Below, piece after piece: positions 49,901 to 57,138 of a stretch of 64,000 bases of DNA. The position numbers and the translations under genes were made by a program. The notes beneath the pieces are model-generated. The model did no database searches, was not told where the DNA came from, and saw nothing but the letters and a program-made list of their open reading frames with translations. Numbering within the stretch: position 1 is the first letter of the stretch; the number at the start of each line of letters is the position of its first letter. Source of the stretch: an uncultured Desulfosarcina sp. (lineage in GTDB: Bacteria > Desulfobacterota > Desulfobacteria > Desulfobacterales > Desulfosarcinaceae); assembly GCA_963674945.2 (NCBI GenBank), contig CAXXWQ010000004.1, forward strand, positions 2,592,001-2,656,000. Direction: 5' to 3'.

Positions 49901-50201
49901 GGTAGAGACGTCCTTTGGCAATGGCCCGTTGGTCGCCGTGACCGTTGATGCCTTCGGAAAAAAGCCGAAGGACTTCGGGCTGACAGATGGCGTTGTTGTA
50001 GAACCCCTCCATGGCCAGACGATACATCTGGACGCTGGCGTGATAGGCGGTTTCCAACACTTCCTGGTGCTGGGAAAAGTAGCTGCGCTGCTTGATCATC
50101 CGATTGTGGTGCAAAAGGAAACCCAGGCCGGCGGCAACGAGGGCCAAAACGAGGGCGAGGAAAAGAGCATGCTGGAGTACGCGACCGATGATTCGTTTCA
50201 T
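46908..50201 (-). CDS. Membrane hybrid histidine kinase (periplasmic Cache-like, 2 PAS, HisKA, HATPase, REC)
   Basis: Two TM segments; FLANMSHEIRTPLN; NLVSNAVKFT; DTGSGI; GTGLGL; REC VLMDVLLP. Confidence 0.93.
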   Translation of the reverse strand: MKRIIGRVLQHALFLALVLALVAAGLGFLLHHNRMIKQRSYFSQHQEVLETAYHASVQMYRLAMEGFYNNAICQPEVLRLFSEGINGHGDQRAIAKGRLYRRLFPQYQAMKRQNLLQLHFHLADGTSYLRFHKPDRHGDNLLQVRRTVRIANSRLRPIDGFETGKVRSGFRYVYPVFWEGHHLGSVEASVTTKAIRDAMAELDPRREYSFVMNRLLIEPFVFSEQKWLYSTSDLHPKFIVEDANALLPDSPPPLSDHAKAVTQKLRKNKNVQDAMDRGEAITIGSSVAGLPYVVSLLPIFDVADQLAGYLVTYAPDRVTGTYRKEYIVFLVAAASALAMIGTLLLAYRRRSLALSREKHNLKVMNDALAEGVYVMDKEGAIIRINPAALRILGYDEKELIGKNAHAQLHSHPNNAHLQLAHCPLYRQASRGIPYDGEEQFLHKTGKVLIVELASRPITVRGELVGSIMAFHDITERKRMEAALGEKEQIQRTLMESLPVGLIIINAKTRVIEWINSTAAHLFGAPADAIAGNRCHRFMCPADENTCPILDLNQRVDSSDRILCCHDGSRIPVLKTVNRIVIRGDEKLLECIIDIRSRVAAEKALIQANDKLTVAIAHAEELAGKAEAANRSKSVFLANMSHEIRTPLNAILGHSQLLQQDLSLNSEQRRQLMTINRSGDHLLKLISDILEMSKIEAGHIKVQPEAMNFQRLIDDIYAIFQLACQKKDLHFTIDTVGQIPGPIIADPGKIRQILINLVSNAVKFTGQGGRITLGVRATEERNRTWAITMDVRDTGSGIGPAEQANLFHAFEQTTSGHRASEGTGLGLSISRAYARSMGGDLRLVASDVDQGAVFRFTFLAKKADRPEDEANVPITRQWDTASTPRVLIVEDDAVCANLLKRVLDRNGFETLVVESGENALTAMETFSPKVVLMDVLLPGMDGYETIRRIRRRPGGPEAYIITVTATGINADEIRQKAKAAGADDFVPKPFKTEDIVDKIRGFFMEDEDFDLSDSCDGENTDPPAVMEKVCQLSKALRQRLQNAVESGDMTQFTKLADEATAIDRQLADHLKNLALQFDYAALLNILSTHDRNDATGEI

Positions 50202-51050
50202 TTAGAAATTGCTCTTTTCCGGAATCTTTGTATAGCCCAGCAGTTCACGGACCGGACGGTAATCATCGTCCGATGCCGTGACGGCACCGTATCGAATGTT
50301 CTTGCCCCATGATTCCAACTGTGATTTATCCTTGCCATCGGGCTCCAAAATGGTGAGGCAGGACTGGATCTGGAACATGCGCTCCGGTGTCAGGGTCTTG
50401 GCGTTTCCCACCAGGGCGAATGCCGGCAGTGGATCTGTTTCGGCGATGATTCGAAGCCCCATGTGGGCATACTCCCTTGCGATGGCGGACTTGAGTCCGC
50501 CGGCCTCGAATTCTCCCTGGATGATACTCAGGGCTACGGCATCGTGTCTTCCCAGATAGCGGTAGCGATTGGCCTCCAAGTCGCTGCCATGGTTTCGCAT
50601 CAGGCCGCTGACGGACAGGTAACCGCAAGTGGAAAGGGGTTGCGTCAAGGCAATTTTTCTGTTTACGGCAAATTGCATTTCGAATCCGGCATCGGGGAAG
50701 GTCGCCATGGCGCAGGTGTAGCTGGCATTGCCGGATTTTTCCTTGAAATGAACCAATGGTTCGGCATGGGCATACGTGGCGCGCAATTCCACATAGGGAA
50801 GGGGACCGAGATAGGCCAGATCCACTTGCGATCGACGAAATTTATCTAAAAGATCCGAGTAGTTGTCCGAATAGTCGTAGATGATTTGGACATGCAGGTT
50901 CTTTTCCAGATAAACGATCATGGGCTTACACTGCTTGATTATCGTCTCCCGATCCTGCATGGGAAGAGGAGCGAATCGAATGGTTTCGGCATAACCGATG
51001 GAAACGGTGAACCATACGAACAATAGTACCGCAACGCATTTCCATCTCAT
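50202..51050 (-). CDS. PhnD-like (phosphate/phosphite/phosphonate family) periplasmic binding protein
   Basis: Signal peptide; DLAYLGPLPYV, STCGYL, GRHDAVALSI..GEFEAG, DDDYRPVR. Confidence 0.85.
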   Translation of the reverse strand: MRWKCVAVLLFVWFTVSIGYAETIRFAPLPMQDRETIIKQCKPMIVYLEKNLHVQIIYDYSDNYSDLLDKFRRSQVDLAYLGPLPYVELRATYAHAEPLVHFKEKSGNASYTCAMATFPDAGFEMQFAVNRKIALTQPLSTCGYLSVSGLMRNHGSDLEANRYRYLGRHDAVALSIIQGEFEAGGLKSAIAREYAHMGLRIIAETDPLPAFALVGNAKTLTPERMFQIQSCLTILEPDGKDKSQLESWGKNIRYGAVTASDDDYRPVRELLGYTKIPEKSNF

Positions 51051-51204
51051 TTGGAACGCCTCCTTTACCGATCGAATTGCACATGCCAACATCAATATCG
51101 GTAATCATATGAGGTCTCTTTAATCAGATCGATTTTTTTGTCAAAGGTACGACCAGATCTCTTTGCAATCTTGTCACACAAAGGGAAAACCAAGCCATAT
51201 AAAG

Positions 51205-51774
51205 ATGTCTGAAAAACGGCTTTCCAACGTCATCGGTTTCGACGACACACCCTTTGATCGAAACCATCGGGGAAGGGTAAATGTCGTGGGTACCGTGTAT
51301 GCAAGTCTTCGCTTCGATGGCGTTCTGATTTCGGAGGTGGAAAAAGATGGGGACGATGCGGCCGCTTCCTTGATCTGTGCTGTTCGTCAATCGAAATTCA
51401 TGGAGCACGCCCAGTTGATCATGCTCCAGGGGATCACCATGGCGGGGTTCAACGTGGTGGATGTCTTCGCCTTGTCCGATGCCCTTTCACTTCCCGTTCT
51501 GGTGGTGGCCCGAAAACAGCCCGATTTCACGGCCATCAAAAAGGCGCTTCTCACCCATTTTGATGGGGGGGAGATGCGATGGCGGATCATCGAAACACTG
51601 GGACCCATGGAACCGGTGGGTGCCGTCCACGTCCAGCGCGTCGGCCTCACGTTACGTCAGGCGCAAAAGACCATCCGGCATTTTTCCCAACACGGCCATA
51701 TCCCCGAACCGCTGCGATCCGCCCATCTGATCGCTGGGGCGCTTTCTTTTGGACAGCGCAGGGGCAATCCATGA
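51205..51774 (+). CDS. DUF99 / UPF0215 (endonuclease V-like) protein
   Basis: VIGFDDTPF, DGDDA, MLQGITMAGFNVVD, IPEPLRSAHLIA. Confidence 0.85.
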   Translation: MSEKRLSNVIGFDDTPFDRNHRGRVNVVGTVYASLRFDGVLISEVEKDGDDAAASLICAVRQSKFMEHAQLIMLQGITMAGFNVVDVFALSDALSLPVLVVARKQPDFTAIKKALLTHFDGGEMRWRIIETLGPMEPVGAVHVQRVGLTLRQAQKTIRHFSQHGHIPEPLRSAHLIAGALSFGQRRGNP

Positions 51775-51850
51775 CCTACGGCATTGCGTCCCGATAAAAT
51801 AGTCCTCTGGGAAAAATAAAAAAAAATGAGGCTATCCAAAGATTGTTACA

Positions 51851-51978
51851 AGAATCCAGGAGTCAGAATTCAGTATCCAGAATCAGGTATTCGCCTTCGG
51901 CTCGATCTATTTTAGGAACCGACAAAGCGAAGGGACATCAATTTCATTCTGGCTCCTGAATTCTGGCTTCTGACTACT
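51851..51978. repeat. Long imperfect palindrome with arms built from 7-bp tandem units
   Basis: Left arm AGAATCC-AGGAGTC-AGAATTC-AGTATCC-AGAAT (51851-51883); right arm (51946-51978) reverse-complements to AGTAGTC-AGAAGCC-AGAATTC-AGGAGCC-AGAAT. Confidence 0.8.
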
Positions 51979-52036
51979 GTGGTTCACCACGATCACAATG
52001 CATCCTCTTGCGCTAAGGGGAGACCGAAGATGAACC

Positions 52037-52459
52037 CTACGAATCCTGATTTCTACTGGGCAAGTTTCTCTCACCGGTGATAAACGGCTTTATATCCAGA
52101 ATCGGCGTGCCGTCGATCATATCCATACTTTGGACACGCAGAACATTTTGATTGCGGTCAAGCACGGTCAGGACCGACAGCCCGATCGGGTTCGGACGTC
52201 TGGGAGAACAGATGCTGAACACGCCCATGGCTTGATCACGATGAGGCGGTGTCTGTTTTAACAGATCGGGTGAAAAGGGGGCGCTTTTGTGGAAATGAAA
52301 AAGCACAATGATCTGTTGTCCGACACGGATGTCCGAGAGCCCTTCGGTGTATGCCGGATCAATGACCAGTGTGCCCTCGATATCCGACACCGTCCAGTGG
52401 CGGGGAATGTTCGTTGCATCCGTGTGTGCCGTTCCAATGGGCTGGAGTTTTACCTGCAT
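52037..52459 (-). CDS. tsaA: tRNA (N6-threonylcarbamoyladenosine37-N6)-methyltransferase TrmO/TsaA family
   Basis: LQPIG, GVFSICSPRRPNPIGLS, DMIDGTPILDIKPF. Confidence 0.9.
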   Translation of the reverse strand: MQVKLQPIGTAHTDATNIPRHWTVSDIEGTLVIDPAYTEGLSDIRVGQQIIVLFHFHKSAPFSPDLLKQTPPHRDQAMGVFSICSPRRPNPIGLSVLTVLDRNQNVLRVQSMDMIDGTPILDIKPFITGERNLPSRNQDS

Positions 52460-52575
52460 CGCTTATCCTTTTTTCTATGATCGAATCACCGGTTCAGGTC
52501 TGGACCCTGTATTCCGCATCATGGGCTTTTGCCCCCACAGCCCTCATTCTTCTACCGGCCTTCCGCCGAAATTCC

Positions 52576-52869
52576 CTACGCGCCCATCAGACGCGGCAAC
52601 ACAAATCTTACAATTGTATAAACCACGCCGATGGTGATGAAAAGGCCTGTACAGATGCTGTGAATCCAGAACACGCAACCGATGCGGCCGGTGGTTTTGC
52701 GAGTATGCGATACATACGTTTTGTAAAATTCGATAATATTCGGCGCCGGATGTTTCGGATCGGCAAGGCCGCGGTCGAAAAGGTATTTTACGATTGCCGC
52801 GAAGGCCCCGGCTGCGAGAATGGCTGAAACGGCCATCAGTGCCAGGATGAGGATATCGGTAGTCTTCAC
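52576..52869 (-). CDS. Small hypothetical membrane protein (2 TM)
   Basis: GTG start after GGAGA; two hydrophobic segments. Confidence 0.55.
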   Translation of the reverse strand: MKTTDILILALMAVSAILAAGAFAAIVKYLFDRGLADPKHPAPNIIEFYKTYVSHTRKTTGRIGCVFWIHSICTGLFITIGVVYTIVRFVLPRLMGA

Positions 52870-53089
52870 GCGGTTGTCTCCCGAACGCTGATTCCAGAAT
52901 TGATTTACGCGTGTTAATAAAGAACGTATACCGGTCACGGGCGAAACAAAAAGCGGTCTGCCGGGATTTTCGCGTTGAGCACGGCGAAGAACCGGCGTAT
53001 TTTATTTGTATCCGTGCGGTGGTAGTCATTTTGTTTATACAGCATGTAATCGTTATAGTAAAAGGGTGAATTTTCGATGAAGTCTCTTT

Positions 53090-53350
53090 TTGCCTGATGC
53101 CCTCGACTCCCTCCAAATGGATGATCCCGCCTTTGCCGATGCCATCGAGCTGATATCCCGGAAAAATGCCGAGTTCCTTGGAATCGAGAAAAAAGTCGGC
53201 ACTCTTACGAAGGGCCGCTGGGCCTCATTCACCTGCTGGAACGGCGACCCCTTTGACCTGACCACGTTTCCGGTGGCCGTCTTCGGCGAAGGCGAGTGCC
53301 TGCACCGGCAACAATCGCTCTCAGGGAAAAATGGGCGCTCATTTCCCTGA
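53090..53350 (+). pseudogene. C-terminal fragment of an amidohydrolase-family gene
   Basis: AIELISRKNAEFLGIEKKVGTLTKGRWASF..WNGDPFD...VAVFGEG matches the amidohydrolase C-terminal beta-sandwich; no N-terminal part or RBS. Confidence 0.7.
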
Positions 53351-53648
53351 AAGCACGGATAGCCAGTATACTTTCGGTTGCAATCCATGCATACACCGTA
53401 GTATATTCTGGATTTAAAGATCTTGGATATCCTTGCAGTGCGGCGTCTCGTACAGATGTTCGATCGTACGCGTACCTTCAAACTGTGATGGTGCCGATAC
53501 TCTCTTGGGCGAAATTGGAATCTAATTTTGTGTAATCTGAATGCCCGCTCCGGCGCCCCTCTCTCCGTGACCATTATTTAACATGATCTTGGTTCAAAGC
53601 AATTTGAATGGGACTCGTATACATTTCCGATAAGACAAGGAGAAGAAA

Positions 53649-53882
53649 ATGAAAGGGCGTCTACTGTTATTCCTGATGATGCTGTTTGCCTTTTCCTTGC
53701 TGCTGATTCCAGGAACCTTTGAGCAGCCACAGGCGGCCAAAGGATGCTGCAAGCAGTATAGGAATGGCCAGTATTATCCCAACGGAATGAACCTTCGCCA
53801 GTGTCAGGATGCAAATAATGCCACCGATAGGGACAACCTCTATCAGCCATCCGGTCAATTCTGGTGGGATGTAAACTGCTAG
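53649..53882 (+). CDS. Small secreted Cys-containing protein (77 aa)
   Basis: AAGGAG RBS; signal peptide; mature part has 4 Cys (GCCK, RQCQ, terminal VNC). Confidence 0.7.
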   Translation: MKGRLLLFLMMLFAFSLLLIPGTFEQPQAAKGCCKQYRNGQYYPNGMNLRQCQDANNATDRDNLYQPSGQFWWDVNC

Positions 53883-53909
53883 CACCACATAAACCCACAC
53901 CGGCTTTTT

Positions 53910-55805
53910 ATGGTAATCATCATGAAAGCAATCAATGCAGCTTCGGAAAAATTTCTATCGGTAGAAGAAACATCCGATAAGGATGTTGAAGTCTGGGTTA
54001 CGCCTCACGAGAAAAGAATGCTGTATCACAAGCCTGAAAAGGAACCGCTATATGAAAAACCGAAGGGACTCTCCGAAAACTGGGTGTACGATAATATCAA
54101 GGACGCTATCTATCACTGCCGTAAGATTTACTACATCTATCTGGGCATACTTTGCTACACCCTTCTGACGATCTTTACGACGCCTGCCCTATACTTTTTC
54201 ATTGAACAAAAGATCGAACTGCCCATCATGAACGCAAAGATGCCGCTGCATGCCTATCTTGTTGCTGCTCCGCTGTTGCTGATCGGTTTTTTTGTGTACA
54301 AACAGCTCTACCTCCAAAAAGCAAACAAATTGATCCAATACGCGATAGATGAATGTAATGACAAAAACCAGGGCAACTGTGCCGCCTGCCTTGAGAAGGG
54401 GGATAAATGCACCGCCACCAGTATTTGCCGGCATCACCGAAGCCGTATCTATCCCTGGATCATCGTCTACTGCCGTTTCATGGAAGACAATTCCAATAAA
54501 TTTGAAAATAGCCACCTAAACAACTGGATCGAGAAATTCCAGAGAATCTTTGTCAGTTTTTCGCTTTGGTGGCTGCTCCCATTTATACTCATTTCGCTAT
54601 CTGTTTTTATACTCAGGGAACATAGCCGATTTTGGTTTTTCTACATGTTGTCGATGACCATTTTGGGTATTACAGTCGTTGCCATATTCTGGTTCCAACA
54701 ACAAAAAATTCCCAACCGATCCGTCTGGCTTTTTCCTTCATCCTTAGCAGTAATCGGTGCTGCCGTTTCTGTTGCACTTATTGCGTTGCATCTAAGTGCT
54801 CTTAAAGGAAAAGTGCCCTGGGTTGAAAAACCATGGCCCTCACATCCTGAGGTTTCCTACCAAGGGGCGGTGAGCCCCCCATTGTATTCGGAAATTTTGC
54901 GCAGCTTTGTCCTTGCAGACCTAAGATTCAGCTCCATGGCCGGCAATCCGACGGGAGCGAAAAACGAAAAGGCAATCTATGCGGTGGATCTGACGGGTCG
55001 CCGGTTTGAAGGGGCAAACCTGTCCAATGCCAAGTTGGTAAAGGCGGATCTAAGAGAGTCAAATTTAAACAATGCCATTCTCATTGAAACAAATTTACGT
55101 GAGGCAACACTTGATGGGGCAACCGCAGAAAAGGCGGTTTTTATTTATACCGTATTAGCAGAAGCCCGTTTGGTTGAAACGGTGTTGAAAGAGGCGGACT
55201 TTAGCGAAGCGAACTTGTATAAAGCCAATTTTTATATGGCCAATCTTGAAAGAGCTTGCTTTTTTAACGCAGATCTTTCAAACGCGTATTTGACGAACAC
55301 CAATGTTAATGGAGCTGTATTTACCATGGCCAATCTCCAGAATACTCATTTAGAAACGGCCGTGGGACTTGATCCCGAACAATTAAGACCGGCGAGGAAT
55401 TACCACCTGGCATATTATAACAAGGTTCTAATCGACCAGCTGGGCTTTAAAAAGGACCATAATGATCGTGTACCGGCCAGAAGATTTCCTCAGTATGATT
55501 TCACAGAGGCTCTTCTCGAAGGCGCCGATCTGGAGGGAGCGAATCTTACCAATTCAAAACTTAGAAAAGCTGTTCTTTCCGGGGCAAATCTCAGTAACGC
55601 TATTTTAAATGGTGCCGATGTAACAGATGCACAATTGAGAAATGCCGATTTTAGAAATGCCAGGATGGAAAAAATCAGTTTTTCCAGTTACACGCAGTTT
55701 GAAAACGTGAAAACCCTTTTTAATGCCAGACTCGACGATAAAGTGCAAAAAACGCTTGAAACCCGCTACCCGCGTTTGTTTGTTGAACCTTCAAAGAGAG
55801 ACTGA
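53910..55805 (+). CDS. Membrane protein with C-terminal pentapeptide repeats
   Basis: About 5 TM segments; Cys-rich loop; two blocks of A(D/N)Lxx repeats. Confidence 0.88.
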   Translation: MVIIMKAINAASEKFLSVEETSDKDVEVWVTPHEKRMLYHKPEKEPLYEKPKGLSENWVYDNIKDAIYHCRKIYYIYLGILCYTLLTIFTTPALYFFIEQKIELPIMNAKMPLHAYLVAAPLLLIGFFVYKQLYLQKANKLIQYAIDECNDKNQGNCAACLEKGDKCTATSICRHHRSRIYPWIIVYCRFMEDNSNKFENSHLNNWIEKFQRIFVSFSLWWLLPFILISLSVFILREHSRFWFFYMLSMTILGITVVAIFWFQQQKIPNRSVWLFPSSLAVIGAAVSVALIALHLSALKGKVPWVEKPWPSHPEVSYQGAVSPPLYSEILRSFVLADLRFSSMAGNPTGAKNEKAIYAVDLTGRRFEGANLSNAKLVKADLRESNLNNAILIETNLREATLDGATAEKAVFIYTVLAEARLVETVLKEADFSEANLYKANFYMANLERACFFNADLSNAYLTNTNVNGAVFTMANLQNTHLETAVGLDPEQLRPARNYHLAYYNKVLIDQLGFKKDHNDRVPARRFPQYDFTEALLEGADLEGANLTNSKLRKAVLSGANLSNAILNGADVTDAQLRNADFRNARMEKISFSSYTQFENVKTLFNARLDDKVQKTLETRYPRLFVEPSKRD

Positions 55806-56005
55806 CAACGCGAATCGGTATTTTCCCGGCATGGCGCAACCCAAACGGCACACTTTTATAGCGATAACACGCTCAACGGCCTGCCCATGCTTCTCGAGAA
55901 AATCGAGGAACATCTGGAAGGCATCGGTGAGAAGTATTTTTCCCTGTTCCCACGATTTACCTATTGACCGGGCACCGTTGATTGTGTTTTTCCTTATAAG
56001 GGATA

Positions 56006-56040
56006 AACCGCACGGACCGAAATTCTGTCCGCACGGTTTT
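56006..56040 (-). terminator. Probable terminator hairpin downstream of the fdh fragment
   Basis: Minus strand AAACCGTGCGGAC / GTCCGTGCGGTTT pairs fully with two G-U pairs. Confidence 0.55.
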
Positions 56041-56044
56041 CTAC

Positions 56045-56305
56045 CTATAACTTCTCCAGCCGTATCGCACAGGCTTTAAACTCGGCCGTTTTCGAAATCG
56101 GGTCGAAGGCCGGATTTGTCAGCCAATTGGCACAGTTTTCACGGAAGTGAAAAGCCATCCAGACCAGACCTGACGGCACATGGGAGGTGATTTTGGCGGC
56201 CACATCCACCGCACCGCGTCTGGATGCCACGCGATTTTTTTCGCCTTGGGAAATCCCCAGCGCCTTTGCATCCTCCGCCGAAATATCGGCGGTTTCTTCT
56301 GGCAT
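56045..56305 (-). pseudogene. C-terminal fragment (molybdopterin dinucleotide-binding domain) of a formate dehydrogenase alpha subunit
   Basis: ISAEDAKALGI..G...VASRRG, GLVWMAFHF....NWLTNPAFDPISKTAEFKACA; catalytic N-terminal domains absent. Confidence 0.8.
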
Positions 56306-56375
56306 GATCAGAATGAGTTTATGACGATCGACTGTTTGAAGACTTGCGCTTCCGCAAACCCAGGATCATCGTTGA

Positions 56376-56405
56376 GACCGCCGCGGCCATAGGGCCGCGG
56401 CGGTC
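56376..56405. terminator. GC-rich 13-bp stem-loop just downstream of the corrinoid protein gene
   Basis: GACCGCCGCGGCC-ATAG-GGCCGCGGCGGTC; no clear U-tract after the stem on the minus strand. Confidence 0.55.
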
Positions 56406-56434
56406 AAAAAATTCGATCGTGTCCTGAAGCCTTC

Positions 56435-57124
56435 CTACTTATTTCTCTCGATCCACCGGGCCATTTTGCCGTCAAAAATCGCTTTGACCTTGTCCAGTGC
56501 ATCGAAGGCGGACTCACCAAAGGTATCGGCGCCGACCTCGTCACACCACTCGGGCGTCATGCCCCAGCCGCCGGTGATAAAGATCACGTCGTCTCTGACG
56601 CCGGCTTCCACCATGGCCTTGTGGATGACCCCGCAATACGGTGTCACAGGCCCGATGATGGCCGAGGCGCCCACGATATCGGGCTTGTACTTCTTTATTG
56701 CCGTAACGAACCCATCGGCCGACACGTTCTCTCCGATGTCGATGGCCTTGATGCCCGCACCGGAAAAAAAGGCGGAGACGATCCTTTTGCCCACGTTGTG
56801 GAGATCGCCTTCTACCGTTCCGATGATCATCACCTTATCCTCCGGCTTCCGATTCAAAATGGAGGCTTCCACAGCCGCTGTCGGAAGCAACCGTTCCATG
56901 GCATCGTTCATGATCTGGCCTGAGATCATCAGATCGCTCATGAACCGGTCATTGGCCTCGTACTCGTCGCCGATGATGGTCAATCCGGGACTTAAACCGT
57001 TAACAATCACATCTATTGGCGGAATATCGGCAGCCACGCATTCTTCGACCAAATTGGCGACCAAATCGTCATCGAGATCGATAATCGCCTCTTTCAATTT
57101 TTCGAGTATTTCTTCGTTTGCCAT
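56435..57124 (-). CDS. Methyltransferase cognate corrinoid (B12-binding) protein
   Basis: N-terminal cap domain, then GTVEGDLHNVGK (DxHxxG), IVGASA, ITGG. Confidence 0.93.
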   Translation of the reverse strand: MANEEILEKLKEAIIDLDDDLVANLVEECVAADIPPIDVIVNGLSPGLTIIGDEYEANDRFMSDLMISGQIMNDAMERLLPTAAVEASILNRKPEDKVMIIGTVEGDLHNVGKRIVSAFFSGAGIKAIDIGENVSADGFVTAIKKYKPDIVGASAIIGPVTPYCGVIHKAMVEAGVRDDVIFITGGWGMTPEWCDEVGADTFGESAFDALDKVKAIFDGKMARWIERNK

Positions 57125-57138
57125 TTGATCAGACTCCT

